A DNA stretch of 64,000 nucleotides, from assembly GCA_963754875.1 (NCBI GenBank), contig CAVWHO010000022.1:96001-160000 (forward strand). The letters are read 5' to 3'. A program made the position numbers and the translations under genes. The stretch comes from Nitrospirota bacterium (GTDB taxonomy: Bacteria > Nitrospirota > UBA9217). Positions 19,535 to 29,980 of the stretch are shown here, piece after piece (the stretch's first letter is position 1; every line of letters begins with the position of its first letter). The notes beneath the pieces are model-generated. The model was not told the DNA's origin, did not search any database, and saw nothing but the letters and a program-made list of their open reading frames with translations.

Positions 19535-21406
19535 TTATTCAATAAACCCGAGCTTTATTTCCTCATCACTCGTGGTTACATTTTCCGCAACCGGCGGATA
19601 TCCGTCGAGCGCCGGAAGCGGCGCGTCAGTCTGCGCAGCTGCAACATGCTCCTTGCCGATCTTGAATCTGTTGATGGCTTCGTTGAGACGTTTGGTAAGA
19701 TCAGCAAGGTTGTTGATGGTGGCAACCGTGTCCTGAACGCCGAGGGTCGTTTCCTGGGTCAGATTGGAAATAGTGTCCATGGTATTCACCACGCTCGAAG
19801 TCGACTGTACCTGGTCGGCAGCTGCCCGGGTAATGTCCGTCATGAGGGTGGCCGTCTGTTTAACGATCTGTTCAATTTCGCGGAGCGCAGCGCCAGCCTG
19901 GTCGGCAAGCTTGGTACCTTCCTCCACCTCGCGGGTACCTTCTTCCATGACCGTCACGGCTTCACTCGTCTCTACCTGGATACCCTTGATCAGGCCCGTA
20001 ATATCTTTCGTTGCGCGGGCGGCCCTTTCGGCGAGTTTTCTCACCTCGTCGGCGACCACGGCAAAACCCCTGCCCTGCTCGCCGGCACGGGCGGCTTCGA
20101 TTGCGGCATTTAAGGCGAGCAGGTTCGTCTGCGTCGCGATTTCATTGATCACTTCGATGATGGCGCCGATTTCCAGCGACCTCTCGCCGAGGCCTTTGAT
20201 TTTCTTCCCCGTTGACTGCACCGTCGCGCGAATCCGTTGCATGCCCTTGATCGTTTCCGTCACGGCTGCGCCACCTTTGACGGCAGCCTGCGTCGCCTTC
20301 ACCGAGGTCTGCGTAGCGGCCTCGGCGTTCTCGACCATGCGTTGGGTCGTACGGGACATGGCATTCACGGCTTCAGAGGCGTTCCGGATCTGCGATGCCT
20401 GCTGTTCGGCACCCATGCGCATGCCGTCGGCTGACCGGAGAATGTCTCCCGCAGACCGCTGAATTTCAGTTGCCACATTGCTTGCATGGGTAACGAGTGT
20501 GGTAAGACCGGTGATCATGAGGTTGAATGCGTCTGCCACGGACCCCAGTGCGTCGGCGGTCACTTCGGCCTTAATTGTGAGGTCCCCTTCGGCAGCCGTA
20601 CTCACCACGGAGAGCAGATCCATAACCTGGTGCTGCATTTTATCCCGGTCGGACTCTGTCTGAATGAGGCCCTGAAGCCTATCGATCGTCCTGTTCAGTG
20701 TATCACCCAACTGGCCCAGTTCGTCAGCAGTCTTCACGGTCGCCTTTTTCGATAGATCGCCTCGGCCGAGGGCTTCTGCCACTCTCATGAGGTCCTTCAC
20801 AGGAGCAATCGTAATGGCGGAAAGGATAAGGGTCAACACCGACAGAATGATGAGTGCTATGACACCGACGCCCATAATGTACATGAGAAGGTTCCTGATA
20901 TTGGACTTGATGAGCGTCATGTTAAGGCCCACATGCACCGTTCCCAACGTCCCTCCGGCAATGGGTGAGGCAATATCAATGACTTCGATAGTGCTGTCTC
21001 TGAAAGTAATGAGCGCGGGTTGCGTCCCAAAGGGGACTCCCGGCTTCAGGACATTGATGTTCTGGAGCGGTCCCGGTATTATGTTTCCTTCGAAGGAGGA
21101 GGACAATACGCGTCCCCTGCCATCCCGAATGAAGCAGTACGCCACTTCTGGCTGGCTGATGGCCTCCCCCTGGATAAACTGAAGAGCGTTGAGATCTTCA
21201 ACCTGAACCGGTTCAACGGCCTTGACGCTGAGACCGTCGGCCACGATGAGCGTTTTGTTGATCGCTTCGTCTCTCAGGGTGTTCTGGATCTGGAGATAGA
21301 TGAACCCCAGTATGCCGGCTCCGAAGACCGCCGACATGCTGACGATCATGAGGACGATTTTTGTTCTGATGCTCATCCGATAGAATGGGTTCCATGTCAT
21401 CTTCAT
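19535..21406 (-). CDS. Methyl-accepting chemotaxis protein (PilJ-like)
   Basis: Two TM segments, HAMP (DELGQL), [56 protein letters not shown]. Confidence 0.95.
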   Translation of the reverse strand: MKMTWNPFYRMSIRTKIVLMIVSMSAVFGAGILGFIYLQIQNTLRDEAINKTLIVADGLSVKAVEPVQVEDLNALQFIQGEAISQPEVAYCFIRDGRGRVLSSSFEGNIIPGPLQNINVLKPGVPFGTQPALITFRDSTIEVIDIASPIAGGTLGTVHVGLNMTLIKSNIRNLLMYIMGVGVIALIILSVLTLILSAITIAPVKDLMRVAEALGRGDLSKKATVKTADELGQLGDTLNRTIDRLQGLIQTESDRDKMQHQVMDLLSVVSTAAEGDLTIKAEVTADALGSVADAFNLMITGLTTLVTHASNVATEIQRSAGDILRSADGMRMGAEQQASQIRNASEAVNAMSRTTQRMVENAEAATQTSVKATQAAVKGGAAVTETIKGMQRIRATVQSTGKKIKGLGERSLEIGAIIEVINEIATQTNLLALNAAIEAARAGEQGRGFAVVADEVRKLAERAARATKDITGLIKGIQVETSEAVTVMEEGTREVEEGTKLADQAGAALREIEQIVKQTATLMTDITRAAADQVQSTSSVVNTMDTISNLTQETTLGVQDTVATINNLADLTKRLNEAINRFKIGKEHVAAAQTDAPLPALDGYPPVAENVTTSDEEIKLGFIE

Positions 21407-21491
21407 AGTTCTGCTCCTTTAAAAAAAGTGTCGTGTTTAGCGCCGTAAGACCGAATGCACGCAGCGCGACGATAATTCCCGCTCGCCGCCC

Positions 21492-21986
21492 TCATGTGAG
21501 TTTGATCTCATCCAATACCCGTTCTATGTTCAGAAGAGCCGCCACGCCGGTCTCGCGCTGAATGATACCTTTGAAAAAACGGCTGCGGTTTTTGACGCCG
21601 GACAACCCGCTCGAATCGGCAGGAATCGCCTGTATGCTGCTTTCCTGCACCGCAAGCACTGTGGCAACATTGTCAACGGATATCCCGAGCATGATGGCAC
21701 CATGTTTGATGATGGCAATCTGGCCGAGCGCTGACTGTTGCGGCAGGGAGAGCGCCGTGCGGATATCAACAATGGGAACAATGCTGCCACGAAGGTTGAT
21801 GACGCCGAGAACATGAGGTGGGGTGGTCGGGATAGGAAAAATTTTCTGGGGGATGATGATCTCCAGCAGCAACTCGACCGGAATGGCATAGGTGTCTTCC
21901 CCTATGCTGAAGAGGCAAATGCGAGTTTCCTCCTCCGGCATTACATCTATCACTTCGGCGGTGACGTCGCTGTCAAATTCGGCCAA
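21492..21986 (-). CDS. cheW: CheW / PilI-like protein
   Basis: IPTTPPHVLGVINLRGSIVPIVD; TTG start after GGAGG. Confidence 0.9.
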   Translation of the reverse strand: MAEFDSDVTAEVIDVMPEEETRICLFSIGEDTYAIPVELLLEIIIPQKIFPIPTTPPHVLGVINLRGSIVPIVDIRTALSLPQQSALGQIAIIKHGAIMLGISVDNVATVLAVQESSIQAIPADSSGLSGVKNRSRFFKGIIQRETGVAALLNIERVLDEIKLT

Positions 21987-22004
21987 ACGAGCCCCCTCCA
22001 GGAA

Positions 22005-22364
22005 TCAGATGTATTTTTTAACCGCCTTCAGCAGATCTTCGGGCTTGAACGGCTTGGTTAAATACTCATCCGCACCCTGTTTCATACCCCAAAACTTGTC
22101 GCTTTCCTGGTCTTTCGATGTTACCATAATAACGGGAATATTTTTATACTGATCATTTGTTTTTATATCCCTGCAAACCTGAAACCCATTTTTTTTGGGC
22201 ATGATTACATCCAGGATTACGAGATCTATTTTTTCTGCCTTCACTTTTTCTTCAGCGGCTTCTCCATCCATGACGGTTACGATGGTATGACCCGTAGACG
22301 AAAGCGCTTGCTGAAAAATCTGAAGCTCCGCCAAACTGTCATCGGCAATGAGTATTTTGGCCAT
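22005..22364 (-). CDS. PilH/CheY-like single-domain response regulator
   Basis: LDVIMPKKNGFQVCR, TSKDQESDKFWGMKQGADEYLTKP typical of PilH. Confidence 0.9.
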   Translation of the reverse strand: MAKILIADDSLAELQIFQQALSSTGHTIVTVMDGEAAEEKVKAEKIDLVILDVIMPKKNGFQVCRDIKTNDQYKNIPVIMVTSKDQESDKFWGMKQGADEYLTKPFKPEDLLKAVKKYI

Positions 22365-22492
22365 TCTTGTCTCCTTTTCCCCCATGGTAACAGATAGTGA
22401 AAATTAACACAATTCTTTGGTAGTGTCAAGTTTTCTTTTGATTTTCTTTGTGTTAGCTGTTAGTATTCGCCCCACCAAAGCCCTCGCCATGC

Positions 22493-23806
22493 TCATTTCT
22501 TTCTTCTGATTAAATTTACCGAGAGCAGGATGAACATGCTCTTCACTACTTCAAATTCTCCAATGCAGAGAGTGTCTATTATATTTTGGATCGTCCGTTT
22601 TCCGTCGACATAGCGAAACACGCTGAGGTCGATATCGCTCATGCCGCGTGTCGTGAGCTCTTCGGCATTGCTGATAATGGGTTCGAACACGGCGTCGAAA
22701 TGAGGAATCTTTTGTTGGATCAGGCTCCATTCGTCGGCCCGGCGAGCGCCCTCCAGGAGCAAATCGTCCACTTTCAGCTGTACTGGATTGGCAAACACGG
22801 GCGGCATCGCCTTTTCGAAAAAGAACTCACCGTCTTTCCAAGCCATGATTTTGTAAACTGCGGATTCCGTATGCCGCCTGAGACAGTCCGAAAAGGTCTT
22901 TGAGTCGAGTAATCTTTCCTGGGCAAGCACACGATCAATGGGCTGTGAGGTCATTTCTGCTATCCGCAGTACATGCCGAAAACTGTCATCCTGCAGCCTG
23001 CAGGTTTTTTTCAGCAAACCTTCGAGCCAGGCCTTATTTCCTGCGACCATCGATGATGCAAAAACAACGAACCCGTCCTTGAAATATACTTCTACTGCAT
23101 CTCCCAGTGAACGCTTGATGGCCAGCCTGCCCGTCTGGCGCTGCAAACCGAGCATCTGAAGAACCTCCACGATCCGAACGCTCGCCAGGTTGCCCTGAAT
23201 GCCGGCGTTTTCCGCATGCTGCGGTTTTTCCAGTTCCTTCCTGATCAGTTCGGGTAACGTGGTCTTTATGAACTCAGCGAGAACATGATCGACAATCGAT
23301 CGCACCGTGGCTTCTATTCCGCTTCCCGTAGGTACAGGGCTGATGCCCGATGGCTGCTGTTCTATTGCGGCTCGCGACTCTCGAGCAGGAGCTTTCGCCG
23401 GCTCCCTAGGGGGAAGAGGCTGTGCGGCCGCTTGTCTCTTGTCGATCACTTCCCGTATTTTGGCCAGAAGCTCTTCCGGTTGAAATGGCTTAGTGAAGTA
23501 TTCGGTAATGCCGAGGACATCGACAAACTTGCTGCCGACCTTATCTCCCTTGGACGTGACAAGGATGATCGGAGTGTCGCGAAAATCGGGGTCTTCCTTT
23601 AGCGTCTTGCAGACTTGGAACCCGTTCATCTTTGGCATGACGAAGTCTACCAGAATCACCGCCGGCCGCTCTTCTCGAGCCTTGACTATGCCCTCCTCCC
23701 CGTCAGATGCGAGGACGACCTGATATCCCTGCGAGGAGAGGATCATCTCGATGAGCCGCTGGACCGTCGGACTGTCGTCAATATCGAGGATTTTTTCCCC
23801 GGCCAT
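22493..23806 (-). CDS. Response regulator with C-terminal DUF4388/PATAN-like domain (PilG/PatA-like)
   Basis: N-terminal receiver; IQGNL...VEVLQML...QTGRL...VYFKDG..V, WKDGEFFF, LLLEGARRADEW. Confidence 0.85.
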   Translation of the reverse strand: MAGEKILDIDDSPTVQRLIEMILSSQGYQVVLASDGEEGIVKAREERPAVILVDFVMPKMNGFQVCKTLKEDPDFRDTPIILVTSKGDKVGSKFVDVLGITEYFTKPFQPEELLAKIREVIDKRQAAAQPLPPREPAKAPARESRAAIEQQPSGISPVPTGSGIEATVRSIVDHVLAEFIKTTLPELIRKELEKPQHAENAGIQGNLASVRIVEVLQMLGLQRQTGRLAIKRSLGDAVEVYFKDGFVVFASSMVAGNKAWLEGLLKKTCRLQDDSFRHVLRIAEMTSQPIDRVLAQERLLDSKTFSDCLRRHTESAVYKIMAWKDGEFFFEKAMPPVFANPVQLKVDDLLLEGARRADEWSLIQQKIPHFDAVFEPIISNAEELTTRGMSDIDLSVFRYVDGKRTIQNIIDTLCIGEFEVVKSMFILLSVNLIRRKK

Positions 23807-23946
23807 CAATACCCCCAAGGTGCAAACGTGTAAATACTAACATGGTGTAAAAGCCATTGTCAACAGCATAAACCGTTCGCGTAAAGAAAAAACGGTCGGA
23901 GGCCCTCCTCCTGTGACAGCGAACTCGGACCGATTGCACGGGGGTG

Positions 23947-25137
23947 CTACAGGCGTACGGCAATCTGGTCAAGGAATTCCTCGGTCCGCGCATAGGTTGC
24001 CGCTTTCGGCTCTGCAATGGCCGCAAGGTCTTTTGTCATGATTCCACCCTCGATTGCTGCTATCACCACCGATTCGAGCCTGCGGGCAAACTGTACCACT
24101 TCCGGTGTCCCATCGAGCTCGCCCCGCCGCGCGATCGCTCCGGTCCAGGCGAAGATTGAGGCCACGGAATTCGTTGACGTGGGGTTTCCCTTGAGGTGTT
24201 CGTAGTAATGACGCATAACGGTGCCGTGGGCCGCCTCGTACAGATATTTGCCTGCTGGCGATACCAGCACTGAAGTCATGAGCCCCAGGCTGCCGAAACC
24301 TGCAGCGACCATGTCACTCATAACATCGCCGTCATAATTCATGCAGGCCCACAGCATGCCGCCTTCGGCCTTCATAATCTGCGCCACTGCGTCGTCGATC
24401 AGCATGTAGCGGTATTTCACCCCGTTTTTTTCGAGATCTGCGTTGCGTACCTTAACCTCATGGTCGAAGACTTCTTTAAAAAACCCATGGTACGTTTTCG
24501 ATATGGTGTCCTTGGCACCGAACCACAGCTCGCACTTTTCACCAATCGCATAATTGATGCAGGCTTGCGCAAAGCTCCGGATCGATTTCTCCGTATTGTG
24601 CATGCCCATGATGACGCCCGGCCCTTTGAAGTCGTGGATGGAAAGATAGGTGCGCTCACCGGACGCGGAGGTGAACGCCAGTTCCGCTTTTCCCGGACCG
24701 GGGACCTTAAACTCCACCGATTTGTAGATGTCGCCGTAAGCGTGCCTGCCGATACTAATCGGTTTCTTCCAACTTCGCACAGCCGGCGGGATGTTCTTCA
24801 CAAGAATGGGTTTTCTGAAAACCGTGCCGTCGAGTATCGAACGGATCGTTGCATTCGGGCTCTTCCATGCCTGCTTGAGGTTGTATTCCTTCACCCGCGC
24901 CGCATTCGGCGTGATGGTTGCACATTTTACGCCTACCCCGCACTCGTTGACTGCATTGGCCGCATCGACCGTCACCTGATCGTCCGTATCGTCCCGATGC
25001 TTGACACCGAGATCGTAATATTTCAGGTCCATCGCGAGGTGAGGGAAGAGCAACTTCTCTTTGATCATCTTCCAGATGATCCGGGTCATTTCATCTCCGT
25101 CCATCTCTGCAATAGGGCCTTTAACTTTAATTGTCAC
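23947..25137 (-). CDS. icd: NADP-dependent isocitrate dehydrogenase (eukaryote-like homodimeric subfamily)
   Basis: [42 protein letters not shown] start after AAGGAG. Confidence 0.95.
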   Translation of the reverse strand: MTIKVKGPIAEMDGDEMTRIIWKMIKEKLLFPHLAMDLKYYDLGVKHRDDTDDQVTVDAANAVNECGVGVKCATITPNAARVKEYNLKQAWKSPNATIRSILDGTVFRKPILVKNIPPAVRSWKKPISIGRHAYGDIYKSVEFKVPGPGKAELAFTSASGERTYLSIHDFKGPGVIMGMHNTEKSIRSFAQACINYAIGEKCELWFGAKDTISKTYHGFFKEVFDHEVKVRNADLEKNGVKYRYMLIDDAVAQIMKAEGGMLWACMNYDGDVMSDMVAAGFGSLGLMTSVLVSPAGKYLYEAAHGTVMRHYYEHLKGNPTSTNSVASIFAWTGAIARRGELDGTPEVVQFARRLESVVIAAIEGGIMTKDLAAIAEPKAATYARTEEFLDQIAVRL

Positions 25138-25716
25138 ATTTATCTCCTTGTGGGCCAGACATTGACAAACTTTTTGCTGAGCTTGCGGGATTTTAATTCG
25201 AGTCGCTAGAATTGTCAACAAAACAATCGGTTCGAACAAAAATTGCGAGAGCACATTTCGAAAATTGCTGCATTTCTCGCAAAACTGTACCTGCCACTCG
25301 GTCTGCTTTTTTTTATACAAATCGCTACTTTATTAAGCTTGAGGACAATGTCGCGTCTTGTCAACCCGTTAATTGGTTTTGCTCGTTTTTGATATTTCGT
25401 TAGTTAGAGCTCTGTAAGTTTTACAGATTTTAAAAAATATGAGATTTTCCAAAACAGAACTCAGCCGGTACCGGTACGATCGATCCTTCCCAATATCGTG
25501 TTTAAATTCAGCAATAAGGACGTCTTCGGAAACGTCATGGATACATCGGTTGACGAGTTTGGCAGGATATCACAGATTGTGTAAAGGAATACAGGAGTGA
25601 CTGTTGTTCAAAAAGTGTGCCGTCCCTTTTTCTGCTCCTGACGTCCGCTGCGTCACTACCTACTTCGCAAAGCCTACAAAAAACAACGTACTTGGTCCTG
25701 AGGCGTCATGCAAGAA

Positions 25717-26769
25717 TCAGGGAACGTCAGCAGACTCAATTGTTCCGCCGGCCACAACAACGTCCCCGTCATAGAACACTGCTGCCTGACCGGGACACAC
25801 TCCTTTCACAGACTGCTCGAACGTAACACCCACGGTCTTTTTTCCAACGGATTCTATCGTTGCCGGAACGAATGGGGAGCGGTACCGGATCTTTGCAGCA
25901 ACCTTCATCGAAGAACGCAACGAATCGATGGAAATGAAATTCGGGTCCGATACGAGCATGCGGCATGTTTCCAGATCGTTCAGTCTCCCGAGAACAACCC
26001 GGTTCGTGTCCGGCTCGATCCTGACGACATAGAGCCGCTCGCCGGCAGCAACGCCGAGATGCCGCCGCTGGCCCACGGTAAAGAATGCAATGCCGTCATG
26101 CGTGCCCAAAACCGTCCCATCGGTCAGGACCAGCTCTCCGGGTCTGAGCGTCTCCGGCGCGTGCTCTCGTAAGAAAGAACGGTAATCGTTGTCAAGAACA
26201 AAACAGATCTCCTGGCTCTCCGGCCGCTCTGCAGCGGGAAGCGTCATCTCGCGCGCAAGCGCTCGAACATCGGCCTTACGCATGCTTCCGAGCGGCAACA
26301 GCACGTGCCCCATCTGTTCTTGCGTCAAACGATAGAGAAAGTAACTCTGGTCTTTTCCCGCATCGATCCCTTTTTTCAGAAGATAGCGGGACGATTGGCG
26401 GTCCCGTTCAATGCGCGCGTAATGACCGGTAGCGAGATAATCAAAGCCGTTCATCCGGGCGTACCCGAGGAGGAGATGAAACTTGACAAGGTCGTTGCAC
26501 TTGATGCAGGGATTCGGCGTGCGGCCCCGGAGGTACTCGGAAATAAAGTCGCTGATAATGGTCCGGGAAAATTCGGCTTGCGCATCGATCATGCGGTGGG
26601 GAATTCGCAAGTGATGGCACACGGCCTCGGCCGATCCGATGTCGCAACACAATCCGGCGGTCAGCTTCATGGTGACGCCTTCCACCACGAACCCCTGCTT
26701 CTGCAGGAGCGCGGCGGTCACCGAGCTGTCAACGCCCCCACTCATGGCTACGAGAACACGCTTTGTCAT
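25717..26769 (-). CDS. mnmA: tRNA-specific 2-thiouridylase
   Basis: AMSGGVDSS, TPNPCIKCN, ATGHY, KDQSYFL, SQEICF, PGQAAVFY. Confidence 0.97.
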   Translation of the reverse strand: MTKRVLVAMSGGVDSSVTAALLQKQGFVVEGVTMKLTAGLCCDIGSAEAVCHHLRIPHRMIDAQAEFSRTIISDFISEYLRGRTPNPCIKCNDLVKFHLLLGYARMNGFDYLATGHYARIERDRQSSRYLLKKGIDAGKDQSYFLYRLTQEQMGHVLLPLGSMRKADVRALAREMTLPAAERPESQEICFVLDNDYRSFLREHAPETLRPGELVLTDGTVLGTHDGIAFFTVGQRRHLGVAAGERLYVVRIEPDTNRVVLGRLNDLETCRMLVSDPNFISIDSLRSSMKVAAKIRYRSPFVPATIESVGKKTVGVTFEQSVKGVCPGQAAVFYDGDVVVAGGTIESADVP

Positions 26770-26919
26770 GGCTTTTATAAACAGGATACTATTGAAACGC
26801 AGGGGCGCAACGGCTGGAGGGCGAGAGGAGAAGCATATAATGAATTGAAGGGTATGTTCTGCATCATCGACCTTCGCTCTACTCAATCCGGGATTTTCGC
26901 GGTTCCCTTCGCAGCAATC

Positions 26920-27636
26920 TTACGCCTTCCTCCACTTTAACACCAGCAGCGACAGCGATCCGAGCATGAACAGAACACCGCCTATAAGCGCCCAGGCAGC
27001 GCCAGGGTCTTTTACGATGAGCAGAATCGCCGCCGGACCTCCGTCAAAGTTCAGGCTCTTGAGATAGATCCCGACCCCGTCGTAGAACAATGGCGTATTC
27101 GGTCCAAGCCTGCCGGATTTCACAACCTGATTATTTTCATACAGAGAGGCCTCTGCAGTCCCGTCTTGCATCGCGCCTTGAACGTTGGTCTGGACGAAGA
27201 TGTGCTCCAGACGCAGGGCCTTGTCCTCGGGCAACGGCGCATATGCGCCCTCGGGCATGACGCCTGAAAGCCTGTATCCCCAGAATGCGCTGAGCAGATG
27301 GGCAATAATGATAAGGAGAAACCCTATATGGATTACCTGCGGAGAAATATGGAGAAAAAAATCAGTGCGGGTCCACTGCGCGTTGATGGCCTGCATGCTG
27401 CAGACGATCGTGTTGATCGTGAGCAGCGCGAGTGCCGCCACCGCCGCAAGAAACCACCACGTGTACCAGAGAGAGTCCGGAACGGTGTGCTTGACCCAGC
27501 TGAAGAGAACGTCGTCGTTCATCGACGAGAAGATCTCACGATGCATCGGCATCATATAAGAACCAATGAAGAAAAAGCAGATGAGAGCGGACAACGTCCA
27601 GACTGTCGTCTTGAGCGAAAGGAAAAAGTTTTTCAT
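26920..27636 (-). CDS. Short ResB/CcsB-like cytochrome c biogenesis membrane protein
   Basis: TM segments, WWF..., NTIVCS, IHIGFLLII.AH, N.PL..DG..IY, KDPG followed by TM. Confidence 0.75.
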   Translation of the reverse strand: MKNFFLSLKTTVWTLSALICFFFIGSYMMPMHREIFSSMNDDVLFSWVKHTVPDSLWYTWWFLAAVAALALLTINTIVCSMQAINAQWTRTDFFLHISPQVIHIGFLLIIIAHLLSAFWGYRLSGVMPEGAYAPLPEDKALRLEHIFVQTNVQGAMQDGTAEASLYENNQVVKSGRLGPNTPLFYDGVGIYLKSLNFDGGPAAILLIVKDPGAAWALIGGVLFMLGSLSLLVLKWRKA

Positions 27637-27777
27637 AGTGGCGTCGTAACGGCAGAGAAACACAGATACGCGATTAAGAAAAAACAGGAATGTTCATTCT
27701 CCGTACTTGAGGATTAGTTCTCTGCCTCAGTTATGGAGATCCATTGTACCGGTATCCCCCCGAATTGCTTTTTCTTG

Positions 27778-28482
27778 TTAAAACTCATGCGAACTTTTCA
27801 TCAGAAGCCCTACGCCGACATAGGTAAACATCACGATTGCAAAACCAATGGTCCCCATCCATGTCACTTTCGTGCCGCTCCATCCGCGCACAAGCCGCGC
27901 ATGCAAATAGAGACTGTAATATAACCATATGATCGTTGTCCACAGCTCCTTGGGTGTCCAGAGCCAATAGGTGCCCCAAGCGTAGTAAGCCCAGATTCCG
28001 CCGAAGATCATGGCACAGGAGAATAGGACGTATCCGAGAAGAAGACTACGGTACTGTTTGATCTCATCGGAGGACTGTTCATCCCCATATTGCGCGTGTA
28101 TCCCGAAAAAAGCGCCAATGGCGAACAGGGCATAGGCAATGAATGACAGAATAACATGGAGCTCAAACCATATCGTTTTCAGCACCGGTGGCAGTGGCCC
28201 GCCCATGGAAGGTGACAGGTGTGAACCTGCCAGCAGGAGCAGGATCATCGTGATTGTAAGCGATGTAAAGAGATCTCGCTTTCGGTTCCAACCGGCAATG
28301 CCATAAATAAGCCCGACAGCAAGAGCGAGGAACCCGAGCGTTTCGTGAAGGCCGATGAGCGGAACTCTTCCGTATCGCACTGCCGTCTGTGCAATGAGTG
28401 CGGCGTGCAATCCTAGCGCCGGCAATACAAGCCGCGGTGCGATGAGTGCGAGAGGATAGAGTATGAAGAGAATATTTTCCAT
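27778..28482 (-). CDS. ccsA: Cytochrome c biogenesis protein CcsA/ResC (system II)
   Basis: WFELHV, GIWAYYAWGTYWLWTPKELW (WWD domain), YLHAR. Confidence 0.88.
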   Translation of the reverse strand: MENILFILYPLALIAPRLVLPALGLHAALIAQTAVRYGRVPLIGLHETLGFLALAVGLIYGIAGWNRKRDLFTSLTITMILLLLAGSHLSPSMGGPLPPVLKTIWFELHVILSFIAYALFAIGAFFGIHAQYGDEQSSDEIKQYRSLLLGYVLFSCAMIFGGIWAYYAWGTYWLWTPKELWTTIIWLYYSLYLHARLVRGWSGTKVTWMGTIGFAIVMFTYVGVGLLMKSSHEF

Positions 28483-28575
28483 AGATTGAAAGTCATCAGC
28501 CTGTGCCTGCGGCATCCCATCTCTTGCCATTCAGGCAGGACGGTAGCGCAACGGATCAACTGCGCTAAAGACGCA

Positions 28576-28605
28576 AAAGGCATCCCGGATTTCCGGAATG
28601 CCTTT
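28576..28605 (-). terminator. Terminator of HU gene
   Basis: AAAGGCATCCCGGA-TT-TCCGGAATGCCTTT hairpin. Confidence 0.6.
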
Positions 28606-28636
28606 ATCGTTGAACTAGAACACAAATTGGCGGATA

Positions 28637-28924
28637 CTATTTCTTGCCGAGGATGGCCTCTTTTGCTGCCTTGGCCACTCGGAACTTCACAACTTTCTTG
28701 GCCGGGATCTTTATGGCCTCGCCCGTCTGAGGGTTCCTGCCCATGCGAGCCTTACGCTGGACAAGCACGAGTTTGCCGAGACCGGGAAGTGTGAAGGCAT
28801 TCTTTGCTTCCTTGTACGCTAGCGCTGCGATGTCTTCCAAGATCTGTACTGCGAGCTTCTTCTTGATGTCTGCCTTCTTCGCGACGTGGTCCGCTATCTG
28901 AGACTTCGTCATGGCTTTTGCCAT
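28637..28924 (-). CDS. hup: HU-family DNA-binding protein
   Basis: GLGKL...RKARMGRNPQTGEAIKIPAKKVVKFR. Confidence 0.95.
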   Translation of the reverse strand: MAKAMTKSQIADHVAKKADIKKKLAVQILEDIAALAYKEAKNAFTLPGLGKLVLVQRKARMGRNPQTGEAIKIPAKKVVKFRVAKAAKEAILGKK

Positions 28925-29374
28925 AAAAATCCCTCCTTGAAGAAATAAATTAAAATTTCTAACTGCGCAGAGCAGGTTAGTGCTCTTTGTTGGGGGAAAG
29001 TATATACACTCTATTTTAAAATAGCAAGTGAAATTTTGAAATTTCTATGGGTATATTTGGGGTATACTTTTTTTAAGCGCGTCCGGACTGCACGAATGCG
29101 TTTTTCTTCGCATGAAGATCCTTGAGACGCCCCCACAGGTTGTCTTAACCTGCCCTTTTTTTCATTCCAACCATCACACGAAGTTTAGCATGCCCGAAAC
29201 CACGTCAAAGCCGAAGCATCATATCTGTCTTGTATGCCGTAGAGGAGGCGATACCCAAAACCTGCCGTCTTTTCTTACGTGTTTGACGGCATTCTTTTCG
29301 CTGTTGACTTAAAAGCCGTGTTTGTGATAATTTATGGCTATCGTAGAAGTTCATTTTTATCAGGAGGCACGGTC

Positions 29375-29500
29375 ATGGCAACGAAAACTAATTTTATTCT
29401 GAAGGTTCAGGACGCAAAACTGGCTGACGTTCAAAAGGCGCTCAAGGATGCCAACATCAACGTCGTAAGTATTCTGGAAGTTCACAAGGAAGAAGTGTAA
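29375..29500 (+). CDS. Small 41-aa hypothetical protein
   Basis: AGGAGG RBS; upstream TTGACT-N16-GATAAT; MATKTNFILKVQDAKLADVQKALKDANINVVSILEVHKEEV. Confidence 0.65.
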   Translation: MATKTNFILKVQDAKLADVQKALKDANINVVSILEVHKEEV

Positions 29501-29656
29501 AAACTTCTACCCTGCTTCTGTTGAGGAGGAGTTCTTCCTCGCGACTACAGGAAACCCGAAGCAATGCATCACGGATCTCCAGCCCTTATTAATAAAGTGG
29601 ACTGATAGCATCACCCCCCGCATAATCTGCTATACTTAAAATGTAGAAACCATGAC

Positions 29657-29920
29657 ATGAAAACTACGCTCACGGATCTTGAAAATGTGGCAAAAGCCCT
29701 GTCGATTAAAGTGTCCTATGACGACCTGAAAACATCGAAGGGCGGCTCGTGCAGGGTCATGGAGACACGTCGGATCATCATTAACAAACATCTCCAAAAC
29801 AGCGAGAAAATTAATCTCCTGGCTAAGGAGCTCGGCAATTTCGATCTTGGCGGTCTTGATATGCCTGCCAACGTAAGAAAAAAAATCGAACAGGAAATAG
29901 AACAGCGAACTGAAGCTTGA
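29657..29920 (+). CDS. Hypothetical protein, degenerate ImmA/IrrE-like fold
   Basis: LA..L.IKV.Y...GG.C......IIINKHL...EK..LLAKEL pattern lacking HExxH. Confidence 0.6.
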   Translation: MKTTLTDLENVAKALSIKVSYDDLKTSKGGSCRVMETRRIIINKHLQNSEKINLLAKELGNFDLGGLDMPANVRKKIEQEIEQRTEA

Positions 29921-29980
29921 AGAGCGGCCTGCCTCCAATCGACCGGCCACTGCTCGGTTTTTCAGGAGGGGAGGCGGTGT

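Noticed and set aside
25330..25700. Possible gene or ncRNA between icd and mnmA
   Set aside because: An open minus-strand stretch lacks a start and recognisable motifs; no RNA family recognised
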